A stretch of DNA of 64,000 nucleotides from Verrucomicrobiota bacterium (GCA_050010435.1 JBEKKZ010000006.1:128666-192665); one strand, 5' to 3'; counted from the stretch's first letter, positions 28,614-37,062 are shown. Program-made: numbers and translations. The notes: a model not told the origin generated them from the sequence alone.

Positions 28614-29465
28614 TTACTTTTGTTTGGCCGTTTTGGGTTTGCGGATTTCGGCATCGAAGTTCCCGGCGATGTAACTTTTCTCGGCGTCCGGTGTGCATAG
28701 ATAAACTTTCCCCGGCATACGATTGCCGGCAAGTTGGCCAAATTCGATCCGCAGCGCGTAGCCGTTCGTGAAATTTTCCCGCAGGGACAGGTTGCCCTCC
28801 TTCCAACGCAATATGACATGCGCTGCCTTTTCTGCGTTGGTGGCGACATTGATGGACTGTCCGGCAAGCGCTTCGGTCAACACGCCACCGAAATTGATTA
28901 TCGCGCCCAAATCCGTTGCGCCGCGCAACGTCAGTGTGCCCCCCTGCAAAATCGCGCGGTCGCAAATAAAGTCCCGTCCGTGGATGCGCCCCGCCACCGT
29001 CGAATCAGGAATCGTCACTGCCGCGAGTTCCAACATCCAACTCGCATCATTTGCCGGCGGCGCGACGACGACGGGTTTGGGCGGTGGCGGCGGCCTGACG
29101 GGCTTTTGCGATGGGGAGGGCCCTGGCGCGCCTTGCCCGCCGCTGGACTTGAAGATCCTTCCATGGAACGCAAACAGCGCTACCGCCGCAGCGCAGAGCA
29201 AGACGATGAAGACAATGGCCGGCAGGGAAGAATTTTCCTGCGGCGCGGGTGTGGGCGCCGCTTCCGAATCCGCCACCGCGGTCGGAATGGGACGTTCGCC
29301 CACTTTCGTGCCTTTTATGATGAATTTCGGGTCGTCCGTCGCGGGGGCTTGCGGGGCGGTGATTTTCTGGAAGCAGGTCGGGCATTCCATCACCGTGCCA
29401 GCCTGCGACGAGTCGCACTTCATGTGCTGGCCGCACACCGGACATGCATATTTGAATTCGCTCAT
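28614..29465 (-). CDS. zinc-ribbon / single-TM / periplasmic-domain protein, tandem paralogue 2
   Basis: MSEFKYACPVCGQHMKCDSSQAGTVMECPTCFQKITAPQAP..., with the same architecture and C-terminal domain type as paralogue 1. Confidence 0.6.
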   Translation of the reverse strand: MSEFKYACPVCGQHMKCDSSQAGTVMECPTCFQKITAPQAPATDDPKFIIKGTKVGERPIPTAVADSEAAPTPAPQENSSLPAIVFIVLLCAAAVALFAFHGRIFKSSGGQGAPGPSPSQKPVRPPPPPKPVVVAPPANDASWMLELAAVTIPDSTVAGRIHGRDFICDRAILQGGTLTLRGATDLGAIINFGGVLTEALAGQSINVATNAEKAAHVILRWKEGNLSLRENFTNGYALRIEFGQLAGNRMPGKVYLCTPDAEKSYIAGNFDAEIRKPKTAKQK

Positions 29466-29652
29466 GGCGCGGGGTGATCTGTATTTTGCCTGACTTTAAC
29501 ATCCCATTTTCAAAGCCGGACTGCAATTCGGCATTTTTATTTGTAGTGCCGGGCGGGACGGGGACCCAAACAACCACACTTTAATTTTATTTGGGCGTTT
29601 GGGGTTTGCGGATTTCGGTGTGTTCTTCCCCTTTTCCGCCTGACCCGGGAAT
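29466..29652 (-). repeat. conserved leader unit upstream of paralogue 2, plus a relic of a paralogue 3' end
   Basis: The leader copy has the hairpin GCCGGACTGCAATTCGGC (29515-29532). 29581-29618 still reads ...TEIRKPQTPK* on the minus strand. That matches the ...AEIRKPKTAKQK* end of paralogue 2. Confidence 0.65.
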
Positions 29653-30582
29653 TCACTCGACCGTGAATTGGAAGAGGCTGTGGGAGAGGATAATCTTCCA
29701 GTCAGCGGTGTCCTTCACAAAAAAATAGACATCATACGGACCCGGCGGCAACCGGATGCCAAAAGTGCCCTGATAGCGGCCGTTCTCATCGGTCATAGCC
29801 GGGCTAAAATCGAAATACTTCTGTGGATTGTTGCGTGTCAATTGTTCCGGCAAATTGTTGTTTCCCGCGTGCTGGATGGCGCCGTTGATGGTGAGGATAT
29901 ATTTGTGATTGGGGACGAGACCTGCAAGTGTTACCCCGATTACCAATCCACCGGGGAATGAGTCATGATACCGGATTTCGCCGGTGGCACCCGGAACTTC
30001 GCGACCGAATCCGGGCAGAGTCGTTGTCAACGGCAGAGGCTCTTCAAATGGCAAAGGACGCGCGAGATCAGCCTTGAAAGCAGCAAGGAATGAAGCCTGT
30101 GCCGGGTCTTTCACTTCAGCCTCATTTGTTCCGGCTCCAAGCACGATGCTGTCACCTTTGGCGAAGATGGCACACGCCAGCCCGACAATCGGTTTGGGCG
30201 GCGCTGGTGGAGGCATTTGCTTCCCATTCGACGCAGATGCGATTTGATTGGTTTGCCCGCTGGTGGACTTGAAATTTTTTCCACGGAACACGAACGCTGC
30301 CGCAACCGCTGCGAAGAGCAAAACCACAAAGACGAACGCCAGTGCCGGAAAATGCTTCTCGGGGGGAGTTGCCGCTCCCGAATCCGCCACCACGGTCGGA
30401 ATGGGACGTTCGCCCACTTTCGTGCCCGTGATGATAAATTTCGGGTCGTCCGACGATTTAGGCGCTTGCGGGGCGGTGATTTTCTGGAAGCAGGTCGGGC
30501 ATTCCATCACCGTGCCGCTCTGTGACGAGTCGCACTTCATGTGCTGGCCGCACACCGGACACGCATATTTAAATTCGCTCAT
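29653..30582 (-). CDS. zinc-ribbon / single-TM protein, tandem paralogue 3, with a different C-terminal beta-rich domain
   Basis: An in-frame ATG at 30582 inside the artefactual 980-aa ORF gives 309 aa. The N-terminus is MSEFKYACPVCGQHMKCDSSQSGTVMECPTCFQKITAPQAP... The C-terminus ...GRYQGTFGIRLPPGPYDVYFFVKD... is unrelated to paralogues 1 and 2. Confidence 0.6.
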   Translation of the reverse strand: MSEFKYACPVCGQHMKCDSSQSGTVMECPTCFQKITAPQAPKSSDDPKFIITGTKVGERPIPTVVADSGAATPPEKHFPALAFVFVVLLFAAVAAAFVFRGKNFKSTSGQTNQIASASNGKQMPPPAPPKPIVGLACAIFAKGDSIVLGAGTNEAEVKDPAQASFLAAFKADLARPLPFEEPLPLTTTLPGFGREVPGATGEIRYHDSFPGGLVIGVTLAGLVPNHKYILTINGAIQHAGNNNLPEQLTRNNPQKYFDFSPAMTDENGRYQGTFGIRLPPGPYDVYFFVKDTADWKIILSHSLFQFTVE

Positions 30583-30690
30583 GGCGCGGGTGATCTGTGT
30601 TTTGCCTAGCTTTAACATCCCATTTTCAAAACCGGACTGCAATCCGGCATTTTCATTTGTGGCGGCGCTCGGTGATCGCCGTTCTAGTTT
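30583..30690 (-). repeat. conserved leader unit upstream of paralogue 3
   Basis: Third copy of the leader, with the hairpin ACCGGACTGCAATCCGGC at 30631-30648. Confidence 0.65.
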
Positions 30691-30792
30691 CATCGGCCAA
30701 ATGATTCTGCGATGGTCATGAACCGCCACGGCAAACTCATTTGAGAGTGACTTTTGGCACCGTCGGGCGCACATTCGAGACCGTTGAAGCGC

Positions 30793-32193
30793 ATGAAAAA
30801 AATCTCTCCCGTTTCCCGTAGCGGACGCTTCGCGCGCGGCCCCGGCGCGGACGTGACACAATTCACCGAATCCGTTTCTTTTGACTGGCGGCTGTGGCAG
30901 CATGACATCCTCGGCTCGCTCGCCCACGCCGCCATGCTCCGCAAAATCGGCGTGCTCTCCAAAATAGAGGAAGTCGCCATCATCCGCGGACTCGACAAGA
31001 TCGGACGCGAAATCGCCACGGGCAAATTCAAGTGGAAACCCGAACTCGAAGACGTGCACATGAACATCGAGGCCTCCTTGACGAGGCGTGTTCCGGCGGG
31101 CGCCAAACTGCACACCGCCCGCTCGCGCAATGACCAAGTCGCGCTCGACATGCGCCTCTGGCTGCGCGACGAAATTGTTTTGCTGCTCGGCGAAATTGCC
31201 GGTTTGCAACGCGCGCTGGTCAGCCTCGGCGAAAAGAATTCCGCCGTGTTGATTCCGGGCTACACCCATTTGCAACGCGCGCAGCCCGTTTATCTCGCGC
31301 ATTATCTGCTCGCCTACGTCGAGATGCTCGAACGCGACTGCGAACGGCTTTGGGACTGCCACTCGCGCGTGAACGTCTGCCCGCTCGGCAGCGGCGCGAT
31401 TGCCGGCTCCACGCTGCCGCTTGACCGTGTGTTTGTCGCCAAACTCCTCGGCTTCGTGGATGCGAACGGCAAACCGCAGCTCACGCAAAATTCCATGGAC
31501 GCCGTCGGCGACCGCGATTTTGCCGTCGAATTTTGCGCCGCCGCCGCGCTGCTCGCCGTTCACATTTCGCGGCTGGCTGAGGATTTGATTCTTTGGACGA
31601 GCGCGGAATTCAATTTCATCAAAATCGCCGACGCCTACACCACCGGCTCGTCGCTCATGCCGCAAAAGAAAAACCCCGACATCGCCGAGCTTGCGCGCGG
31701 CAAATCCGGCCGCGTCATCGGCAACCTCGTCGCGCTGCTCACGCTGCTCAAGGGCCTGCCCATGACCTACAACCGCGATTTGCAGGAGGACAAGGAACGG
31801 GTGTTTGACACCGCCGACACCGTGCGTGCCACCACACGCCTCATGGCCGCGATGCTGAAGAACACAAAAGTAAATCGCGCCACCTGTACTGCCGCCGCAA
31901 GCGACCCGGCGCTGCTGGCGACGGATTTGGCCGATTATTTGGTGAAAAAGGGAATGCCATTCCGGCAGGCGCATCACGCGGTTGGCGCCGTCGTGGCACT
32001 GGCGGAAATATTGGACAAGCCGCTGAACCAGCTTTCGCTTGTGGAACTGCAATCCGTGGACAAAAAGTTCGGTCGCGATGCACTGGGCGTATTCGATTTG
32101 CAGCGCGCGATGGCTAAACGAAATCTGACCGGCGCGCCGGGAACGAAGGAAGTCGCGAAGCAACTGGCGCGCTGGCGGGAACAGCTTTCGTAA
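30793..32193 (+). CDS. argH: argininosuccinate lyase
   Basis: SGRFARGPG...GYTHLQRAQPV...GSSLMPQKKNPD is the fumarate-lyase signature. ATG 30793 is preferred over 30754. Confidence 0.9.
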   Translation: MKKISPVSRSGRFARGPGADVTQFTESVSFDWRLWQHDILGSLAHAAMLRKIGVLSKIEEVAIIRGLDKIGREIATGKFKWKPELEDVHMNIEASLTRRVPAGAKLHTARSRNDQVALDMRLWLRDEIVLLLGEIAGLQRALVSLGEKNSAVLIPGYTHLQRAQPVYLAHYLLAYVEMLERDCERLWDCHSRVNVCPLGSGAIAGSTLPLDRVFVAKLLGFVDANGKPQLTQNSMDAVGDRDFAVEFCAAAALLAVHISRLAEDLILWTSAEFNFIKIADAYTTGSSLMPQKKNPDIAELARGKSGRVIGNLVALLTLLKGLPMTYNRDLQEDKERVFDTADTVRATTRLMAAMLKNTKVNRATCTAAASDPALLATDLADYLVKKGMPFRQAHHAVGAVVALAEILDKPLNQLSLVELQSVDKKFGRDALGVFDLQRAMAKRNLTGAPGTKEVAKQLARWREQLS

Positions 32194-32202
32194 GCACCAG
32201 CA

Positions 32203-32679
32203 ATGGAAATCGTCTATCTCGAAACGACGTTTTTCAGTTTTTACCACGACGAACGGCCCGCACCAGCCATCGTGGCGATGCGAGATTGGACTCGGCAGTT
32301 TTGGACCGAGCGGCGCGAAGATTACGCCTTGGTCACAAGCGCGGCGGTTTTGGACGAATTGCGCAAAGGCGGCGCGCACCACAAAAAACCAGCGTTGGAT
32401 TTGGCTCTCACGTTGCCGTTGATTCCGGGCGGCCATGAAGTCGCAGAAATCGTTCAGGCCTACGTGAAGCACAAGCTGATGCCGGAAGACCCGGCAGGCG
32501 ACGCGCTGCATCTGGCATTGGCTTCGTTCCACGAATGCGACTATCTTGTGACGTGGAATTGCCGGCATTTGGCGAACGCCAACAAGTTCGGCCACATCCG
32601 GCGGATCAACGCCATGCTGGGATTGAAGACGCCGGAAGTGGTGACGCCGCCGGAATTGCTGGGAGAAATTGAAACATGA
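32203..32679 (+). CDS. PIN-domain protein (VapC-like toxin)
   Basis: MEIVYLETTFF...GDALHLALASFHECDYLVTWNCRHLAN...TPPELL follows the PIN acidic-residue pattern. It also carries the WNxxHxxN C-terminal block seen in one VapC-like subfamily. Confidence 0.7.
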   Translation: MEIVYLETTFFSFYHDERPAPAIVAMRDWTRQFWTERREDYALVTSAAVLDELRKGGAHHKKPALDLALTLPLIPGGHEVAEIVQAYVKHKLMPEDPAGDALHLALASFHECDYLVTWNCRHLANANKFGHIRRINAMLGLKTPEVVTPPELLGEIET

Positions 32680-32909
32680 ACGCAGCGGACAAAGCCATTG
32701 AGGAAATCCGGGCGGTGCGGCACCGCATCTCCACGGAGCATGGGCATGACATCACGAAATATCTCGTCAGCCTGCGCGCGGAGGAAAAACAGCATCCGGC
32801 GCAACTCAAGCGCGGCAAGGAATTACTGGCCCGGCGGCTCGCGGAACGCAAAAAGTATCCGGCGCTGGCCGGCAATGCGCTGGTGCTGCGCGAACGTCCC
32901 AAAAAGTGA
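32676..32909 (+). CDS. small partner protein of the PIN gene (putative antitoxin)
   Basis: 77 aa. Its start overlaps the PIN stop (ATGA). It is charged and helical: MNAADKAIEEIRAVRHRISTEHGHD... Confidence 0.5.
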   Translation: MNAADKAIEEIRAVRHRISTEHGHDITKYLVSLRAEEKQHPAQLKRGKELLARRLAERKKYPALAGNALVLRERPKK

Positions 32910-32937
32910 AATCTGGATGAACTTTCGAAATGCTTTT

Positions 32938-33036
32938 GGATTGCAACGCACAATGGCGAAGCGAAACCTGACCAGCGCTCCGGGAACCAAGGAAGTCGCG
33001 AAACAACTGGCGCGGCGGCGGGAACAGCTTTCGTGA
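32938..33036 (+). pseudogene. relic second copy of the argH 3' end
   Basis: 80 of 93 aligned nt are identical to 32101-32193 in my hand alignment. It encodes ...LQRTMAKRNLTSAPGTKEVAKQLARRREQLS*, against argH ...LQRAMAKRNLTGAPGTKEVAKQLARWREQLS*. Confidence 0.85.
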
Positions 33037-33054
33037 AGCGCAAAAACGCTTTGC

Positions 33055-34485
33055 ATGATTACCGAAGAACAAATCAGGCAAACCGTTTCAAAGGCTGAAG
33101 AATTACTTCAGGATTGCTGGGCAAAACTTTCCGACATGAAGAATGCGGAAAATTTCTTTTCGTTCCAACCCACATTACTAACTGCCCTCTATCAAATCGA
33201 GTCGGCCTACCGAACAATCTGCAAAGAAGAACGTGAACTGATTTCACAAAAATTATCATCCAATAAAAACCAGTTCGCGGAGCGGATGAAAACATTGGCT
33301 CGCTACAAAAGTGTATTGACCCAAGTTTTGGACATTGGCAAAGCGTTAGGTGATTCGTTCGCGTGGATTTTTTACGGAAATGAAAAAGAACTCTTAAAAA
33401 AACACTATGACCACGAGTTTATTCCTCACCTTGCACTTGGAATCGGAGGGCGCGGTGAATATGAATTTGCCAAGAACGCTCCCCGGTTTGGAAAATACAT
33501 TGTGTTAGCGCACTCAATCACAACATTTCTTCGTCTCGGAGATGTCAGCTTAATAGATCCGATTGACTTAAAAGTTGTGGCTATTGGCGAACTTAAATCA
33601 CAGAAAAAATCCGACACCAAAATTTCTGTCAACATTACCTTCATCGGAGCAAAGTTGCCGAAGGAAATGCTTCCCAAGGTTTCGGAAGTGCAAGGCGAGC
33701 CTATCAAGAAAATTTCAGAACAACTTCCGCCGGCGCTTTTGACCCGCCTCAAGAAACAAGTCAAAGGCATGCAAGAAGCATTTAAACCACCACTTCAAAA
33801 CCATCCGCCCAATAAAATTGAAATGCATTTGGTTGAAATGAAGCTCAAAGAACTTTTTGACCGTTCGTCACTGGGCAAATGGGGAAGCATCAAAGTTGAC
33901 CGTGGATTATTGTTGGTCGGCATGAGGTTTGAAGAAATGCCTCTTTATTTACACTTAAAAGGAGTGCCGTTAGAAACAGGAGGAAACTTCCAACAAAACA
34001 TGGAGAAGTTGAAAGTTGCAACAGCAGAAATTCTTGATAAGAGCTTGTCCCAAAATTTTATTTTAACGTCTTGGATTCTCTATCCAGCAAATGGCAGATA
34101 CTTTCATCCATTCGGCATGATGCCTCTGTTCTTTTGGCCTTTGGATACCGCAGTGCGCAAAGCAATAATTTTTCGACAAATGCGAGTTATGACTTTATAC
34201 AATCCCGGTTTTTTAATCGATGAACTGAATCGAAATGGGTTTGAGGTTCAATTTGGGAAAGACAGGGATTTAAAAATTGTGAAGCATATTGGCGAGAAGC
34301 GCATGGAATTTTCAGGAATGGGCTATTTTATTGGAGCAGTTAGAACTCAATTTTTATCTGATGCTGGTATCGTAAATTTGGCTCGGATGGCAGTTGAAAA
34401 AATTGAAGCGGAAAATTTCAAGCAACCAACTAATATCAGTTTGGATTTTGATTTCCTTTATAATCAGATTGTTGATTCTGTCTAA
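33055..34485 (+). CDS. AT-rich orphan protein, 476 aa, with a PD-(D/E)xK-like motif; function unknown
   Basis: A long uninterrupted ORF in a region where two counted lines give 43% and 45% G+C. The motif LRLGDVSLIDPIDLKVVAIGELKSQKK lies at 33532-33609 (D at 33541, E-x-K at 33589-33597). I recognise no family. Confidence 0.6.
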   Translation: MITEEQIRQTVSKAEELLQDCWAKLSDMKNAENFFSFQPTLLTALYQIESAYRTICKEERELISQKLSSNKNQFAERMKTLARYKSVLTQVLDIGKALGDSFAWIFYGNEKELLKKHYDHEFIPHLALGIGGRGEYEFAKNAPRFGKYIVLAHSITTFLRLGDVSLIDPIDLKVVAIGELKSQKKSDTKISVNITFIGAKLPKEMLPKVSEVQGEPIKKISEQLPPALLTRLKKQVKGMQEAFKPPLQNHPPNKIEMHLVEMKLKELFDRSSLGKWGSIKVDRGLLLVGMRFEEMPLYLHLKGVPLETGGNFQQNMEKLKVATAEILDKSLSQNFILTSWILYPANGRYFHPFGMMPLFFWPLDTAVRKAIIFRQMRVMTLYNPGFLIDELNRNGFEVQFGKDRDLKIVKHIGEKRMEFSGMGYFIGAVRTQFLSDAGIVNLARMAVEKIEAENFKQPTNISLDFDFLYNQIVDSV

Positions 34486-34487
34486 AA

Positions 34488-35513
34488 ATGCCGATCGTGT
34501 TAAATGATTTACTCAAAGTGACGTCGCGCTCGTTTTATCTGACGTTGCGTGTGCTGCCGGGCGCCATCCGCCTGCAGATCGGCCTGGCGTACCTGCTCGC
34601 GCGCACCACCGACACCATCACCGATACTGAACTTGTCCCGGTGGAGCAACGGCTGGATGCGCTCAAAAGGTTGCGCGAGCGCATCCAGGGTTCGTCCACC
34701 GCGCCGCTGAATTTCGGTGAACTGGCGAAACATCAAGGCTCGTCCGCCGAAGCTGCCTTGCTGGAAAAGGTCGAGGACAGCCTCACGCTGCTGCAAACCC
34801 TTTCGCCCGCTGACCAGCAACTGGCCCGCACCGTCCTCAACACCATCACGGGCGGACAGGAACTGGACCTGCGCCGGTTCGCCGGCGCGTCCGCCGAAAA
34901 AATTGTCGCGCTTGAAACCACCGCCGAACTGGACAACTACACCTACCACGTCGCCGGCTGCGTCGGCGAATTCTGGACGAAAATGTGCCGGGCGCATCTG
35001 TTTCCAAAGCCGCAGTTGGACGACGCGCAACTGCTGGCGGACGGCGTCCGGTTTGGCAAGGGACTGCAACTGGTGAACATCCTGCGTGATTTGCCCGCCG
35101 ATTTGAAAAAGGGCCGCTGCTATCTGCCCTCGGACAAACTGGAAAAGGCGGGATTAATACCCGAGGTTTTGTTGTCACCGGCAAACGAGGTGAAATTCCG
35201 TCCGCTGTTTCACGAATATCTCGACCGCGCCGAATCGCACCTGGCCGCGGGCTGGGCTTACACGAACACGTTGCCGTTTGGCCAGGTCCGCGTGCGGCTG
35301 GCCTGCGCGTGGCCGATTTTGATTGGCGTGAAAACGATTGAGAGACTGCGCGCCGGCAACGTGCTTGACCTGCAGCAGGGTGTCAAAATTTCCCGGGCCG
35401 AAGTGCGCGGGATTTTGCTGCGTTCGACACTGGCTTACCCGCTGCCGGAGGTGTGGCGACAATTGTTTTTTACGACTGGGAAAGCTGTTGCATCCGAAGG
35501 TAAATTGGCGTAG
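34488..35513 (+). CDS. squalene/phytoene synthase family enzyme
   Basis: VTSRSFYLTLRVLP...LLARTTDTITD...VNILRDLPADLKKGRCYLP are the two Asp-rich regions of the family. Confidence 0.8.
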   Translation: MPIVLNDLLKVTSRSFYLTLRVLPGAIRLQIGLAYLLARTTDTITDTELVPVEQRLDALKRLRERIQGSSTAPLNFGELAKHQGSSAEAALLEKVEDSLTLLQTLSPADQQLARTVLNTITGGQELDLRRFAGASAEKIVALETTAELDNYTYHVAGCVGEFWTKMCRAHLFPKPQLDDAQLLADGVRFGKGLQLVNILRDLPADLKKGRCYLPSDKLEKAGLIPEVLLSPANEVKFRPLFHEYLDRAESHLAAGWAYTNTLPFGQVRVRLACAWPILIGVKTIERLRAGNVLDLQQGVKISRAEVRGILLRSTLAYPLPEVWRQLFFTTGKAVASEGKLA

Positions 35514-35522
35514 AAAAACAAT

Positions 35523-36944
35523 ATGCAAATCATGAAGTTGTTGCCCACGGTTTGTGCGGTTGCCTTTTGTGCGAGTTTCATTTCCGTCCGAGCGGATGAC
35601 ACCCCGGTTCAAGCCGCCGCGCGCGGGGCTTTGGAACAAAAGATGAACCAATTGGATGCGCAACAAACCCAGGCACCACCTGTTGTGGTTACTTCTCCCG
35701 GCGCCGTGAAGGTGCAACCAAGCAAGCTCACAACTAAAACTGTCCCCGCCAAGGCAACAACGCCGGCAACCAAGACAAAAATTCCAGCGACCACGGCAAC
35801 GACGCCAGCGACCAACTCAACGACTCCGGCGACCAAGTCAACGACTCCGGCAGCCAAGTCAACGACTCCGGCAGCCAAGACAACAACTCCGGCAACCAAG
35901 ACAACAACTCCGGCAACCACGGCAACGACGCCAGCGACCAAGGCAACAATTCCGCCGGCCACGGCAACAACGCCGGCACCCAAGACAACAATTCCGCCGA
36001 CCACGGCAACAACGCCCGGGCCAACCCCGATGCCCGTTGCGCCTGAATCACAAAGTCCGCCAACCGCAACGATGACACCAGCGCCTGCCACTCCGCCACC
36101 AACGAAAATTCTGTCTGCGATGCCGACGCCAACCGAAGCCCAACCCCAACCGGCGACTACGATAACAGTGCCCGAACCAACCCCGATGCCCGCTGCGCCC
36201 GTTGCGACTAAACCAGAAAGTCCGCCGGTGGCAACGATGCCAACAGAGACTATACCTGCCACACCGCCGCCAGCCGAAACCAAGCCGGCACCGATGATGG
36301 CTCCGGTCGAACCGGCAGCAGCAGCGACAATCACTTCGGAAACCAACGCTGTCCCGGCGGCTTCCGGAACGACGCCCGCTGCGCCCGTTGCGCCCGAAAC
36401 AGAAAGTCCGCCGGCAGAGACAACGCCGGCAGAGGTTACACCCGCCACACCGCCGCCAGCCGAAACCAAGCCGGCGCCGATGATGACTCCGGTCGAACCG
36501 GCAGCAGCAGCGACAATCACTTCGGAAACCAACGCTGCCCCGGCGGCTTCTGGAACAACGCCCGCGGCGCCCGTTGCGACGACGCCGACAGAGATTACAC
36601 CCGCCACTCCTCCACCAGCCGAAACCAAGCCGGCAGCCCCGACTCCTGAGATGAAGCCTGCGCCGACCGTGGAAACGGTTCAGCCCGCGGCGGGCACAGT
36701 TCCTCAAAGTCCCGCGATGGCCGCCGCGATAAAAGTCAAACCCGGCGTGAAGAGCGCGACGAACCAGATCAGCGCAATTTATACAGGAAAAGAACTGGGC
36801 TTGAAGCCGATTGAATCGCCGCTCCTGCCGATTTCCGCGACCCAACAAGCGCAACTTCAAGCCTTGCTCGAAAAATACAAGGCCAACCAGATCACACCGG
36901 AGGAATATTACAACCAGCGCGCGGAAATACTGGCCCAGCCATAA
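35523..36944 (+). CDS. secreted Pro/Thr/Ala-rich repeat protein with a SHOCT-like C-terminal motif
   Basis: Signal peptide MQIMKLLPTVCAVAFCASFISVRA. Extensive TTPATK repeats. The C-terminus is QLQALLEKYKANQITPEEYYNQRAEILAQP. Confidence 0.65.
   Translation: MQIMKLLPTVCAVAFCASFISVRADDTPVQAAARGALEQKMNQLDAQQTQAPPVVVTSPGAVKVQPSKLTTKTVPAKATTPATKTKIPATTATTPATNSTTPATKSTTPAAKSTTPAAKTTTPATKTTTPATTATTPATKATIPPATATTPAPKTTIPPTTATTPGPTPMPVAPESQSPPTATMTPAPATPPPTKILSAMPTPTEAQPQPATTITVPEPTPMPAAPVATKPESPPVATMPTETIPATPPPAETKPAPMMAPVEPAAAATITSETNAVPAASGTTPAAPVAPETESPPAETTPAEVTPATPPPAETKPAPMMTPVEPAAAATITSETNAAPAASGTTPAAPVATTPTEITPATPPPAETKPAAPTPEMKPAPTVETVQPAAGTVPQSPAMAAAIKVKPGVKSATNQISAIYTGKELGLKPIESPLLPISATQQAQLQALLEKYKANQITPEEYYNQRAEILAQP
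35752..36015 (+). repeat. 21-bp (7-aa, S/T-TTPA-x-K) tandem repeat, about 12 copies, in frame
   Basis: TCAACGACTCCGGCGACCAAG, TCAACGACTCCGGCAGCCAAG, ACAACAACTCCGGCAACCAAG and similar units abut each other directly. Confidence 0.8.
36246..36635 (+). repeat. long in-frame tandem duplication (about 186-bp unit, about 2.3 copies)
   Basis: E(T/V)(I/T)PATPPPAETKPAPMM(A/T)PVEPAAAATITSETNA(V/A)PAASGTTPAAPVA occurs twice (starts 36246 and 36432). A third partial copy starts at 36591. Confidence 0.8.
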
Positions 36945-36960
36945 AACTGCGATTCCATCC

Positions 36961-36993
36961 GCCCGCTGGATGCGCGCGTCCGGCGGGTTTTTT
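36961..36993 (+). terminator. rho-independent terminator candidate
   Basis: The stem is CCCGCTGGA...TCCGGCGGG with one mismatch. It is followed by TTTTTT at 36988-36993, 17 nt after the stop. Confidence 0.55.
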
Positions 36994-37062
36994 ATTGCAA
37001 ACCTTGGCCCCGAAGACCTTCGGGGTTGAACTTTGAACTCTGAACCCTAAACTTCAGGCGTT

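Noticed and set aside
29653-32595. 980-aa minus-strand ORF, the longest in the window
   Set aside because: Its upstream two thirds run antisense to argH, which has unmistakable fumarate-lyase signatures on the plus strand. Only the last 309 codons, from ATG 30582, are a real gene (paralogue 3). Long antisense ORFs are expected at this G+C.
35752-36015. Regular 21-bp repeats considered as a possible CRISPR array
   Set aside because: The units abut directly with no spacers. They are in frame within a coding sequence and encode a 7-aa peptide repeat. No cas genes are present.
35609-36860. Long minus-strand ORFs (339 aa Gly/Val/Ala-rich and 270 aa Arg/Cys-rich)
   Set aside because: They are mirror-image artefacts of the Pro/Thr/Ala repeat gene. 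The plus-strand frame has a signal peptide and a defined C-terminal motif.
37008-37060. CCCCGAAG-AC-CTTCGGGG hairpin and GAACTTTGAACTCTGAACC repeats as a lysA leader or riboswitch
   Set aside because: It is too short for a lysine riboswitch and has no conserved L-box features that I can recognise. It is more likely another small dispersed repeat following the upstream terminator.
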